A stretch of 64,000 nucleotides of DNA from NCBI GenBank assembly GCA_050287845.1, contig JBNKCR010000025.1:32001-96000 (forward strand). The letters are read 5' to 3'. Positions within the stretch are counted from its first letter, which is position 1. Every line of letters starts with the position of its first letter. The translations under genes were made by a program, and so were the position numbers. The DNA is from Polyangia bacterium (lineage in GTDB: Bacteria; Myxococcota_A; Polyangia; JAAYKL01). The notes under the pieces were generated by a model. The model saw only the letters and a list, made by a program, of their open reading frames with translations. It was not told the DNA's origin and ran no database searches. Of this stretch, positions 48,961 to 58,777 are shown in pieces.

Positions 48961-49046
48961 CCGATGTTGGGTGTGGCGGGACATCAAAAACACCAAATGT
49001 TTCTGGTTTATGGGAATGCGATGCCCCCGGTCTCCCTGCGGATCGT

Positions 49047-49634
49047 CTATGGCGCGATTACGACCCCGCGCACACAGCGGGCGTGGAAGCTGTAGTAAAT
49101 GCGGGGTTTGTAAATGAATCCGCCGGCAAACCCGATGGCCCAGGCGCGGTCTGAAACGTCCGGAACCCTATCTGCGGACCAGTAGTGCTCGCACGGCGCG
49201 CCCAGTTCCACCGCTTTGGCGTAGCAACCGTTCATGGGGCCATCACCGAAGGCGCATGCATAACAGGCATTTGTCTGGCAATCGTTTTCAATGCAGGTGT
49301 CATCCACCACGCATTCCCCGCCAGTCACCGTGGGCGCACATCCGGCCAGCAGGGTCCGAAGCTCCGAAATATGGGGCAATCGCCAGTCCTGCTGACCGTT
49401 CAGGTTCAGGGTGTCGCAATAATCCACGGCCTGACGCCAGGTGGCGTAGGTCTCGGGCAAATCCGCCTGCCATATCAGCCCGGTCTGAGGATCGGTCCAT
49501 ACGGACGCCACCACCGGTTCTGTCGCGCATTCCGTTGAATCGTCGGCGCAGGCCGTCAGGGTGAGCATCAGTATACCGCACAGCACAGGTGGAATCTGAA
49601 GTCGCGTGAATAATGATTTCATTCCATAGGACAT
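49047..49634 (-). CDS. DUF1566 (Lcl-like) domain lipoprotein
   Basis: LTAC lipobox; DPQTGLIWQ, AVDYC, DWRLPHISEL, YWS, ARCVR. Confidence 0.85.
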   Translation of the reverse strand: MSYGMKSLFTRLQIPPVLCGILMLTLTACADDSTECATEPVVASVWTDPQTGLIWQADLPETYATWRQAVDYCDTLNLNGQQDWRLPHISELRTLLAGCAPTVTGGECVVDDTCIENDCQTNACYACAFGDGPMNGCYAKAVELGAPCEHYWSADRVPDVSDRAWAIGFAGGFIYKPRIYYSFHARCVRGVVIAP

Positions 49635-49964
49635 ACTGTATTCATCACCATCCGGTCAATGACTCTGATGATACGAATTTTCCCGACACCCCCAATGCTT
49701 TCCCCGGGGCGATTCCCGCGGACGCCTGCACCATGTCTCCGGTGGTGGTCCACAGGTGATCTGGCACAGCTGGCACACTGATGCCGTGTCGAGCAATTTC
49801 GCAATAATACGGGCAATTCCAATGATTTATTGTGTTGATTCGCAAAAATATCGTCGCGGACACAATGGTATGAATGTTGATAAGTACACCCGGAAGCAGC
49901 CGTTGAAATGAGCTGTCAACGAACGCCATTGCATTTTCGTTTGAGAGCCGCGTATAGTACGCCG

Positions 49965-51098
49965 ATGATTGAAAGTACGCCGATGACCGAACAACCTTTT
50001 TTTCCGCCGCCACGCCGTGTTCTCTGGGAAATCACTGCCCACTGCAATCTGCGTTGTGCCCACTGTCTGGTGGATGCCGGCGGGGGTAATGTCGCCCGGG
50101 AGTTCAGTACCGATGAGGCGCTGGCGCTGGTGGAAGATCTGGCACAACTGGGACCGACGGCCGTGTCCCTTACCGGAGGCGAACCGCTGCTGCGTAAAGA
50201 CTGGTTTCAGATTGCAGAGAAAATCCGCGCCCGGGGCATGGGGCTTCGGATGTCATCCAACGGGCATCTGCTGACCGAATCGATGGTGGAATCCCTCAAG
50301 GCCCTGAAGCTGGAGCTGTTTACCCTGAGTGTTGATGGCGACGAAGTCATCCACAATCGGCTTCGTCCCTATGCCCTTGGAAATGCGACGAAGAATTCGT
50401 TTCAGGATGTGCTGCAAGCCATCCGGTTGCTCAACCGGCATGGGATTGAGACCCACGTGATCACATCGGTGAGTCAGGAAAACCTGGGCGAATTGCCCCG
50501 CATTCACCAGTTGCTTAAACAATTTGATATCGCGCGCTGGATTCTGCAACTGGTGCATCCCACCGGCCGGGCCGCCCATTCAACCCCGTCCCGGGGGCAC
50601 ATGGAAAATGCGTGCACGCCCATTTTGCCGCAGCAATTGCCGGCGGTGGCCGATTTTATCGTGGCCCACGCCGATGATCCCGTGCTGCAACCCACCGCGT
50701 TCAACTCCATCGGCTATCTGAGTCGCCAGGAACCCGTGCTGCGCAAAAGCGGCAAACGTGCCCGCCGGCCCCTCTGGCAGGGATGTCAGTGCGGTATCGA
50801 GGTAATGGGCATTGAACCCGACGGCGGCATCAAGGGCTGCGCCAATCAGGTGGGGGCGCCATTTGTGGTGGGCAACGCCAGAGAAGAATCGGTGGTGAAC
50901 ATCTGGAACGATCGTCGGCGCTGGCACTGGCTTTCCCCCCGCCCCGCGGATGCCGGAGGAGACTGTGCGGAATGCGCCCTGTTTCACCTCTGCCGTGCCG
51001 GCTGCACCGCCGTGGCGTACCAATCCACTGGCGAACTGTACAACAATCCCTATTGTCTGCGGCGGGTGGCAGCGGCCGACTCCGATGCACCACATTAA
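49965..51098 (+). CDS. Radical SAM/SPASM protein 1
   Basis: WEITAHCNLRCAHC, TGGEP, GC..KGC, CAECxxxxxCRAGC, NPYC; start 49965 or 49983. Confidence 0.92.
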   Translation: MIESTPMTEQPFFPPPRRVLWEITAHCNLRCAHCLVDAGGGNVAREFSTDEALALVEDLAQLGPTAVSLTGGEPLLRKDWFQIAEKIRARGMGLRMSSNGHLLTESMVESLKALKLELFTLSVDGDEVIHNRLRPYALGNATKNSFQDVLQAIRLLNRHGIETHVITSVSQENLGELPRIHQLLKQFDIARWILQLVHPTGRAAHSTPSRGHMENACTPILPQQLPAVADFIVAHADDPVLQPTAFNSIGYLSRQEPVLRKSGKRARRPLWQGCQCGIEVMGIEPDGGIKGCANQVGAPFVVGNAREESVVNIWNDRRRWHWLSPRPADAGGDCAECALFHLCRAGCTAVAYQSTGELYNNPYCLRRVAAADSDAPH

Positions 51099-51109
51099 AA
51101 GGAAATCCC

Positions 51110-52402
51110 ATGAAAGTCGTATTTATTGTCGTTGACAGTTTCAAGAGCACCGCGCCGGGGTTTGGGGGTGGACCGGATTCGCCGTTTCTCGACCATCTCG
51201 CGCAGAATGGCACCGTGTTTGAGCAGATGTTCGCCAGCGGCGCCTGGACCACGCCCTCCCTGATGGCCATGCTCACCGGATGCCTGGGTCATCGCATCGG
51301 GATAGCCCGGTGGCGTCATCCGTTTCCCGCAAAAATCCCCACCCTGCTCACCGCCTTTGCGGAAGCGGGGTTTGAGGTGAACTGTTTTCATCCCTATCCC
51401 AGATGGGGCTTCCTGACGGTACCGGACACGGGAGTGGTGAAAAACAGTCAGGACCCGGACGACATTGTGCGCACCCTCAAAAGCGCCCCGGGCAGCGATC
51501 AGTTTGTCCTCATTCACCACTGGTGGACCCATCTGCCATACGCCAACCGGGAACTTTCGCTGGAGGCGTGGCACCGCCTGTGCGATTTTCAGTTGCGCTC
51601 CCTGGAAAAGTATCCCCGGCAAATCCGGCCCAAACTGAAACAGTCCTACCTGAAAACGGTTCAGTATTTCTCGCAGCAGTTGCTCAATCGATATCTCGAT
51701 GCCGCCACAGCCGGTGGCGATGATGTACTGCTGGTGGTTACCGGTGACCACGGGGAAACCTGGGGGGAATCTCATCCGGCGGGATACCGGGTGCAGAATG
51801 TGTACGATTTGCATGGGCGATGGATCAGCGACGAAACGGTGCAGGTGCCCCTCCTCTTTTACGGCAAGGGCATTCCCGCGGCCCAACGGATTTCGGGGTT
51901 CGCCCGGGGGGTGGATTTGGCCCCCACCATCTGTGCGCTTTCGGGCATTCCCTGGCCCGGCCCGGCCCACTCGGCGGTGGGGGAAGAAACCATTGTCCGG
52001 GATATTGCCGGAACCGATCGACTGGGCGTTTCTCTTTCGCCGAGCATCCTCAGCGGCGAAGCGACCATGTGCGAAAGTGCGCCCACCGTGAGCAGTCACA
52101 ATGCATTTGTTCCGAGAACCTATCCGGACAGCGGCCCGGCCCTGTGGCGCATGCTCGCCGAACGCACCAGGGACGGATGGCACATCTGGGATGGGGTTGA
52201 CCAAATCCGATCCACCTGCCAGGGCAAGGTGTATACCCAGCACGCCGAAGCCACGGACGATGCCCTGTTTGCGCGTCTGGAAGCGCAAAGGCTGCGGGCG
52301 GTGGACCCCGGTGCGCTGGTGAGCGATGCTGCCGTGGAGGAGCTTCGAAACAGCGATGAACTGGTGGCTGCGCGACTCCATTGTCTGGGATATCTGGAGT
52401 AG
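51110..52402 (+). CDS. Sulfatase-like alkaline-phosphatase-superfamily enzyme (Thr-type site)
   Basis: IVVDS, WTTPSL, HLPY, TGDHGE, VPL, DLAPT, C-terminal LGYLE. Confidence 0.85.
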   Translation: MKVVFIVVDSFKSTAPGFGGGPDSPFLDHLAQNGTVFEQMFASGAWTTPSLMAMLTGCLGHRIGIARWRHPFPAKIPTLLTAFAEAGFEVNCFHPYPRWGFLTVPDTGVVKNSQDPDDIVRTLKSAPGSDQFVLIHHWWTHLPYANRELSLEAWHRLCDFQLRSLEKYPRQIRPKLKQSYLKTVQYFSQQLLNRYLDAATAGGDDVLLVVTGDHGETWGESHPAGYRVQNVYDLHGRWISDETVQVPLLFYGKGIPAAQRISGFARGVDLAPTICALSGIPWPGPAHSAVGEETIVRDIAGTDRLGVSLSPSILSGEATMCESAPTVSSHNAFVPRTYPDSGPALWRMLAERTRDGWHIWDGVDQIRSTCQGKVYTQHAEATDDALFARLEAQRLRAVDPGALVSDAAVEELRNSDELVAARLHCLGYLE

Positions 52403-52404
52403 GA

Positions 52405-53475
52405 ATGACCGATTCGTTGACCATGCCGAAAAGATGTTACTGGGAACTTACCCGACGCTGCCTGGGCGCGTGCGTGTTCTGCCGCAACGGGGGCGCAACA
52501 GACATGGCGGAGCTGTCGTTGGCACAGTCCCTTCAGGTGGCCGATGAACTGGTTCGTCTGGGCATCCGGCGGGTGGTGCTCACCGGCGGCGAGCCGGTAC
52601 TCTACGATGGGTGGGAAATGATTGCTGCCCGGCTGACCGCCAACAGCGTGCGCGTCTGGCTGTTTACAAGTGGCATGGGCATGACCGATGAACTGATTGA
52701 TTCAGCGCGCGGGGCGGGTATCTCCCGGGTGCTGATTCCCCTGGACGGGGATGAGGCCACCCACCGTCGCCTGCGCCCAGCCGCTTCGGACCGGGGGATG
52801 GGTTCGTATGCAGCCGCCGTCAGCGCCATGAAGAAGTTCGAAGAGGCGGGGATGCCGGTGATTGCGGTCACGGCGGTCAATCATATCAATGCACGGGTGC
52901 TGAACGGGATTTACGCCACGTTACTGAACCTGGGCGTGCGGGACTGGCAGGTGCATCTGGGCCAGCTGACCGGACGCGCCAGTGAACATCGCCTTGAACT
53001 GATGTGTACCCACGACGATATGGAAGCCATTGTGGACATGTTGAAACGGGTGGCTGTGGAAAACCGAATCCATGCGCCCCTGCATTGCACCGTAGGCTAC
53101 ATGGTGCCGGAAGAAGCCCTGCTTCGAAGTCCCAATGCCTCCGGGCAGCCCTTTTTTGATGGATGTCCGGCGGGCATTCGCACCTTCGGCATCACCCCGT
53201 CGGGAAAGGTGAAAGGCTGTACCGCCATGGAAGACGAGTTTGCCACGGCGAGTCTGAGGCAGGAATCGCTGGAAACCATTCTCAAAAACGACACACATTT
53301 CGCGGTGACGCGGATGGATGAAAGTCACCGGCACCTCGAAGGCCCGTGTGCCACGTGTTCGTTTGGCGGCGTGTGCCGGGGCGGGTGTCCGGCGGTGGCC
53401 TATGGGCTCACCGGCGCAGTCGGCGCCAACCCGGCGTGTCTGCACATCCTGCGAAATCGTTCTGCAAACCAATGA
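52405..53475 (+). CDS. Radical SAM/SPASM protein 2
   Basis: WELTRRCLGACVFC, TGGEP, GCPAG..KGC, CATCxxxxxCRGGC, NPAC. Confidence 0.92.
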   Translation: MTDSLTMPKRCYWELTRRCLGACVFCRNGGATDMAELSLAQSLQVADELVRLGIRRVVLTGGEPVLYDGWEMIAARLTANSVRVWLFTSGMGMTDELIDSARGAGISRVLIPLDGDEATHRRLRPAASDRGMGSYAAAVSAMKKFEEAGMPVIAVTAVNHINARVLNGIYATLLNLGVRDWQVHLGQLTGRASEHRLELMCTHDDMEAIVDMLKRVAVENRIHAPLHCTVGYMVPEEALLRSPNASGQPFFDGCPAGIRTFGITPSGKVKGCTAMEDEFATASLRQESLETILKNDTHFAVTRMDESHRHLEGPCATCSFGGVCRGGCPAVAYGLTGAVGANPACLHILRNRSANQ

Positions 53476-53649
53476 AACCATGGATGATGGCACAGTTGGC
53501 ACAAATGGTGGAAATGGGCATAACCTCCTGTAATTACAGCGCATATATATTAAATGCCAGGCTGGTGTCTTTTTTGCACTATCCGGAAATAACAATTCTA
53601 ACGTATGCATAGGGCAACGGGAGATTGCCTGAGGCAACGGAGGTTCATC

Positions 53650-54339
53650 ATGGAAGCAACACAAACACCGCTTGTGGAGATTCGAACATTTTTAACCCGT
53701 CATCGGGCGCCGGTGGCGCCGTGGACATCTGCGGAGGGAACGGTGGAAGCGTTGTATGCCACGCTGCAAACCCATCGGGACGATTCGGAATTCTGGTTGG
53801 CCCTCAAAAAGTTGAGCATCCGTCTGGAGGGACACATGATTTCTCCTTCTGCGGCGGTCAATTGCGACGTACTTCGGCATGCCACCGTCAGCCAGCTGCT
53901 CGATGACCTGCAACGGGAGCTTCAGCAGAAAAAACCGACGGGCGGGGTTCAGATGTGGATCAGGACTCCCATTGTGGTGACTGCCCTGGCCGGATTTCTG
54001 TTTCTGGGATGCGTCGCATCCGATGACGACGGGACAACCAACGGGTCCGGAATCACTGCGCTCACCGATGACGAACTGAATACGTGCGATGAGGATGGGG
54101 TGGAGACAGGGGACTGCGCTGACTATGTGGAGTTGCTGGAGGTGGTGAAGGAAGCGGAAATCTGGGAAGGAACCCTGGACGATCTGCTGACTTGCCTGCC
54201 GAATCTGGATGCGGCGTTTCGCCGGGAAATGCTCGACGCCTTTGACAACTTCAACGACGATGAAATTGCTTCGTACCTTGCCAACCTGACCGACAGTGGT
54301 CAGGTGTGTTTTGATGATGATGACATCGGCGGCCACTGA
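53650..54339 (+). CDS. Hypothetical bitopic membrane protein with acidic, Cys-containing C-terminal domain
   Basis: GGAGG then ATG 53650; internal TM ending FLFLGC; D/E-rich tail. Confidence 0.7.
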   Translation: MEATQTPLVEIRTFLTRHRAPVAPWTSAEGTVEALYATLQTHRDDSEFWLALKKLSIRLEGHMISPSAAVNCDVLRHATVSQLLDDLQRELQQKKPTGGVQMWIRTPIVVTALAGFLFLGCVASDDDGTTNGSGITALTDDELNTCDEDGVETGDCADYVELLEVVKEAEIWEGTLDDLLTCLPNLDAAFRREMLDAFDNFNDDEIASYLANLTDSGQVCFDDDDIGGH

Positions 54340-54354
54340 GCGATTTATCACTGT

Positions 54355-55701
54355 ATGAATCCCTCCCGCGTTGTCATTATTGGACTGGACTCGGTTGCGC
54401 CGGCACTGGCGTTTGATCAGTATCGCAATGAAATGCCGAACCTTCGCGCCCTCTGCGATGGTGGTTGCTTCGGTCCCATGCGTTCCACGGATCCCCCCAT
54501 CACCATTCCCGCCTGGATTTCGATGACCAGCGGACGCTCTCCCGGACAACTGGGTATTTACGGCTTTCGACACTATGCCCCTTTGGACCCGCCGGAACTG
54601 GTGAACTCCACGGATGTGCATTTCCCGCGCATCTGGGATTTGGCTGCGGAGGCCGGGATGAAGAGTGTGGTGGTGTCGGTGCCGGGAACCTATCCCCTTT
54701 CCCCCCGACCCCGGGTGACCATGACCACGGATTTCACCACACCGTCCGCAAGGAGCCGTTGGATAGCGAAACCGTCGCTCCGGCAGGAGCTGACCTCCCT
54801 TTTCGGACCGTACATCGTGGATGTGGCAAACTTCCGAAACGACGATACGTCGAGGGTGTCCGCCGAATGCGCGGCCCTGACCCGCCAGCATTTCGGCATT
54901 TTCAGACATCTGATTCAAAAAGAGCAGCCCAGGTTCGCCATGCTGGTGGACATTGCCCCGGACAGATTGCACCATGCGGCGTTGCATCGCATATGGCGGG
55001 ACCATCCCGCGTTTGAAGACAACGCACCGGGCATCGAATATTACCGGCTTTTAGATGATGAAATCGGAAAAACCCTGGCGCTGCTGGACAGCGATACCCT
55101 GGTGATGGTGGTCTCGGATCACGGGGTGAAGCCTCTTTGTGGTGGCATCTGTCTGAACGAAATTCTGATTCGGAGTAGACATCTGGTGCTCGCCGATAGC
55201 TATCCCGATAAGCCGGTACCGTTGAACGGGCTGAATATTGACTGGAAGCAGACCACCGCCTTTGCCCATGGCGGCTACGTGGGTCGGGTTTTTTTCAATC
55301 GAATGAAAGAGATGTCCGCCGGTGATGCGCAGCGCCTCGGCGAAGAACTGAAAGATGTGCTGAAAACGGCGGGCATGCGCAATGGAGAAGCCCTGCAGCA
55401 TCAGATATTTTCCCCCGGGGAGTTGTACGGACCGGCCGCAGGAACCCCACCGGATTTCACCGTCTACCTGGACAATCTCAATTACCGGGCCATCGGCAGC
55501 GTGGGCCATGGCGCCATTCAGATTCCCGGCAACGACCAGGGCCCGGACCGCGCCAACCACGACCTGTTCGGCATCTTCGCCGCCAACATTAAAGGCAGCA
55601 CCCTGCGCACCTCGTTCAACATCTGCGATGTTTTCGCCTCGGCAGTGAGAGCACTCGGGATAGCGCCACCTGAAGGCACTGCCGGCGAATCGATTTTATA
55701 G
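54355..55701 (+). CDS. Type I phosphodiesterase/nucleotide pyrophosphatase-family protein
   Basis: IIGLDS, PPITIPAW, DRLHH, VSDHG, ANH. Confidence 0.88.
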   Translation: MNPSRVVIIGLDSVAPALAFDQYRNEMPNLRALCDGGCFGPMRSTDPPITIPAWISMTSGRSPGQLGIYGFRHYAPLDPPELVNSTDVHFPRIWDLAAEAGMKSVVVSVPGTYPLSPRPRVTMTTDFTTPSARSRWIAKPSLRQELTSLFGPYIVDVANFRNDDTSRVSAECAALTRQHFGIFRHLIQKEQPRFAMLVDIAPDRLHHAALHRIWRDHPAFEDNAPGIEYYRLLDDEIGKTLALLDSDTLVMVVSDHGVKPLCGGICLNEILIRSRHLVLADSYPDKPVPLNGLNIDWKQTTAFAHGGYVGRVFFNRMKEMSAGDAQRLGEELKDVLKTAGMRNGEALQHQIFSPGELYGPAAGTPPDFTVYLDNLNYRAIGSVGHGAIQIPGNDQGPDRANHDLFGIFAANIKGSTLRTSFNICDVFASAVRALGIAPPEGTAGESIL

Positions 55702-55965
55702 CGCAAACGAATCCTCGAAAAGCGGACATCATCGTGGCGTGCTTTAAAAAATTATGTTTGATGTAAGCCTTCCAAACCCAGCTCCCTGATTCTTTTTTTC
55801 TGGTCAATGATGTCTGAACTGTAATATTCTGCTGTTTTCGAAGTGGACGAAACCTGAATCACCGTTTATTTTTATCGAACTTATCATTGCTGTTGGGGTA
55901 CCGTTAATTTAACGGGTTCAACGAATCGGACCGGTGAAGCGATTGACTGAAGGGAAGGACATATA

Positions 55966-57594
55966 ATGGTATCATGGACAAAATTAATTAGTTTGGCGAT
56001 GTTACTGATGCTTGCATCATGTAACGACCCCATTTCTTCCGACGGGGACTCCAGCGGGCCCAGCGACAGCGATACAGATACTGATACGGATTCCGATAGC
56101 GATACGGATGCGGACAGCGACAGCGATACCGATACGGACAGCGATACCGATACGGACAGCGATACCGATACGGACACCGACACCGACAGCGATAGCGATA
56201 CGGATACGGATACAGACAGCGATAGCGATACGGACAGCGATAGCGATACGGACTCCGATACAGACACCGATACAGACACCGACACCGATACGGACACGGA
56301 CACCGATACAGACACCGATACAGACACCGACGTGGAAACATTTGTGCGGTTTGAACCGTCGTGCGAGGGCTCCGGCACCACCCATTACGCCAGCCCTTCC
56401 GGCAGTGGCAACGATTGCAGTGAAGCGAGTCCATGCTCCCTGCAAACCGCTGCATCCAGACCCAAGCCGGGGGATATTGTCTGTCTGCGTGGCGGAACCT
56501 ACCAGGGGCCTCTTGAAATCAGCGGCAACATTGCCGGTACCCAGAACGGCTGGATCACGTTCTCCACCTATCCGGGAGAATTACCCATCATCAATGGGGG
56601 GGTCACCATGATGGACTCCGCCTCCACATATCTGCGATTCAATGGCATTGCCTCCATTGGTGGGGTTTCCGGGTTTGAAAATGCATTGGGATTCAACCAG
56701 AATGGCAATCTGCAGTTTTATAATTGCGTCGCTGACATGAACACCATGAACGGTTTTGGGCTGCATGGTGCCAGGGGATTCCATGTGGCCCAATGCATTG
56801 CGGCTCATACTGGCAGTGACGAAGAGTTTTCGTGGTCGAGTGGTATGGATTTCTGGGGCATCAATGGTACCCCTGCGGACAATCTGGTGGAGAGTACGGT
56901 GTCGTTTGAAAATGTGGATATGGAGTGCCACAGCGATGGCAACGGTTTTATCACGGACATCGGCAACATGGGGGGCGGCGGGACCGGCGCAACTTTTATG
57001 AACAATATCGGATTCCGCAATGGGGGCTCGTGTTTCCGGGTGACGGGCTCTTCCAATACCGTGATTATCAACAATACCTGTTTCGGCAATGGGCTCGATC
57101 CCGCTGCGGGCATTGTGCCTACCAACCATCGCTGCGGTGAAATGGAGATTCCGCCTCCAACGGAACCTGGCGAAATTTATTTTAATGATGACGGTGAATG
57201 TCTGGCCGGTGCCAGGCTGTACAATAACCTCGCGGTTTCCCGCGGTCCCGGTCACCCCGCCATCAATCTGAAGCCCACGGAAACCGGCAACAATGTGGGG
57301 ATAAAAGACAATGATGGGACAGAAATTTTCACCAATCCGCCCCTGGATTTGACCGTTCTGCCGGACGCGGGCGCGGAAATATTCGGAAAGGCCAATCCGG
57401 ATGAGGCCCCCGAATACGACATTGGTTTTGACCCCGGATGCATTAAAGAAGGCGCCCCCAGTGGACAGGGCGTTCAACCGTGGTGGCAGTACTCAATCGA
57501 CTACGAATACATCGAAAGCGTTGGCGGCATTGTCGGATGTTTCAATCCCAGACGTCGCACCAGTTCCACCGACGTCGGCGCGTACGCCCACTGA
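55966..57594 (+). CDS. Lipoprotein with DS/DT linker and right-handed beta-helix domain
   Basis: LASC lipobox; [31 protein letters not shown]. Confidence 0.8.
   Translation: MVSWTKLISLAMLLMLASCNDPISSDGDSSGPSDSDTDTDTDSDSDTDADSDSDTDTDSDTDTDSDTDTDTDTDSDSDTDTDTDSDSDTDSDSDTDSDTDTDTDTDTDTDTDTDTDTDTDTDVETFVRFEPSCEGSGTTHYASPSGSGNDCSEASPCSLQTAASRPKPGDIVCLRGGTYQGPLEISGNIAGTQNGWITFSTYPGELPIINGGVTMMDSASTYLRFNGIASIGGVSGFENALGFNQNGNLQFYNCVADMNTMNGFGLHGARGFHVAQCIAAHTGSDEEFSWSSGMDFWGINGTPADNLVESTVSFENVDMECHSDGNGFITDIGNMGGGGTGATFMNNIGFRNGGSCFRVTGSSNTVIINNTCFGNGLDPAAGIVPTNHRCGEMEIPPPTEPGEIYFNDDGECLAGARLYNNLAVSRGPGHPAINLKPTETGNNVGIKDNDGTEIFTNPPLDLTVLPDAGAEIFGKANPDEAPEYDIGFDPGCIKEGAPSGQGVQPWWQYSIDYEYIESVGGIVGCFNPRRRTSSTDVGAYAH
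56065..56331 (+). repeat. Coding hexamer repeat giving a (D-S/T)n linker
   Basis: GACAGC/GATACC/GATACG/GACACC units over about 267 bp. Confidence 0.95.
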
Positions 57595-57609
57595 ACATCA
57601 CTCCTCATT

Positions 57610-57641
57610 TCCACCGAATTGTTGCTCCACCGAATTGTTGC
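57610..57641. repeat. 16-bp perfect tandem duplication TCCACCGAATTGTTGC x2
   Basis: Read directly. Confidence 0.9.
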
Positions 57642-57768
57642 AAATTCTTGAACTCTGGCCATAGTTCCTGTAGACAAATCTTTTAGCTTGTCTACAATTA
57701 TTCGTTCGGGCTAAAAAAAATCAGTTGGCGCACATCTGTGCAATTATAAGGAGAAAGGGAAATAAAAC

Positions 57769-58401
57769 ATGAAAAATGGAAATTGGCTTCTCGCAATACT
57801 CTCGCTTGGACTTTTTGGCATGCTGTTGTTCTCTTGTAACGACGAAACGGATGATGAGGAAGTCGTGGACACCGGTGTGGACACCGGTGTGGACACTGGT
57901 GTGGACACCGGTTCGGATACGGGGCTTGATACCGGAACAGCCGTTGCGGCCTGTGGTGGTAGTCAGGAGGACTGCTGCGCCGGAAACACCTGCACTGGTG
58001 CGGGGCTTGATCCGGTGATTGGCGCAGGCTCCTGTACATGTCAGGAGCCCTGTGCGGCGACTCCATGCACCGCCGGAACTATGGAGGGATCCTGTACGAA
58101 TCTTTTTGGCTTGATGCCGATTTACGCGTGTTACAACACAACAGATTTTCCGATGCCGGTGGTTGCCAATGAATGCACTGCGGGGGCGGTATGCACAACC
58201 GATTCCGGAGACGCGGCAGGGACCTGTTCCATGTTGATGGATCCCACCACCGCGACCCTTGTGAATCGGTGCCTCAAAACATGTACGCCAGCTGCCTCGA
58301 CCTGTCCCGTTGGATTACTCTGTTCTCCGGCAGCCGACCCCAACACTTTCGAGATGGATTTCACCAATTCCCATTGTGCGCCGGCGATGGGGACGAAGTA
58401 A
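57769..58401 (+). CDS. Cys-rich lipoprotein with VDTG repeats
   Basis: LFSC lipobox; 12-bp repeat x4 at 57865-57912; many Cys. Confidence 0.75.
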   Translation: MKNGNWLLAILSLGLFGMLLFSCNDETDDEEVVDTGVDTGVDTGVDTGSDTGLDTGTAVAACGGSQEDCCAGNTCTGAGLDPVIGAGSCTCQEPCAATPCTAGTMEGSCTNLFGLMPIYACYNTTDFPMPVVANECTAGAVCTTDSGDAAGTCSMLMDPTTATLVNRCLKTCTPAASTCPVGLLCSPAADPNTFEMDFTNSHCAPAMGTK

Positions 58402-58777
58402 CTGTCGCCCTGCGAATTCTCCGTTCTGCGCCATCCGTCATATTAGCGGATATCATTGATCCCAGCGAAGAGATCCCCATGAAACTCTCGAAAAATGAAC
58501 GGTTGCGTTTCGGTTAAAAATCTGTTTACTCTGAAAAAATTGGACCTTGTTGAAAAAAGTGAGTAGAATTCTGGCATTCTCTTACGTTTTTAATCGCGAC
58601 GATACTTAGGCGCCCAAAGCATTTTTTTTCATTTTTCGTCCATTACGATTGAATGGTTCTGTTTTATTCGAGCTCATTGGGAGAAATATGCATGTGTTGA
58701 AAAGAGGGCCGTTGTTGCAGCTGATTGGATATCGGTTATTCTTACCAAATCTATTTGAACTGAAAGGAGATAGCTGA

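Noticed and set aside
48430..48996. N-terminal half of the 395-aa ORF 47809..48996
   Set aside because: It is mostly antisense read-through of intron RNA sequence; the plausible gene starts at ATG 48429.
49619..49822. 67-aa Cys-containing ORF as a radical SAM precursor
   Set aside because: Opposite strand to the cluster, TTG start, no clear RBS, and it overlaps the DUF1566 start.
49965..53475. Anaerobic sulfatase-maturating enzymes
   Set aside because: The neighbouring hydrolases lack the (C/S)xPxR target motif.
51095..55005. Long antisense ORFs of 428 and 437 aa, and similar ones at 330-2346 and 62244-63593
   Set aside because: They lie opposite well-supported genes in GC-rich DNA and have no recognisable motifs.
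55884..56611. Alternative-frame repeat ORFs (SVSV, RYRC, IRTAIP) or a CRISPR-like array
   Set aside because: These are shadows of the DS/DT coding repeat; there are no unique spacers and no cas genes.
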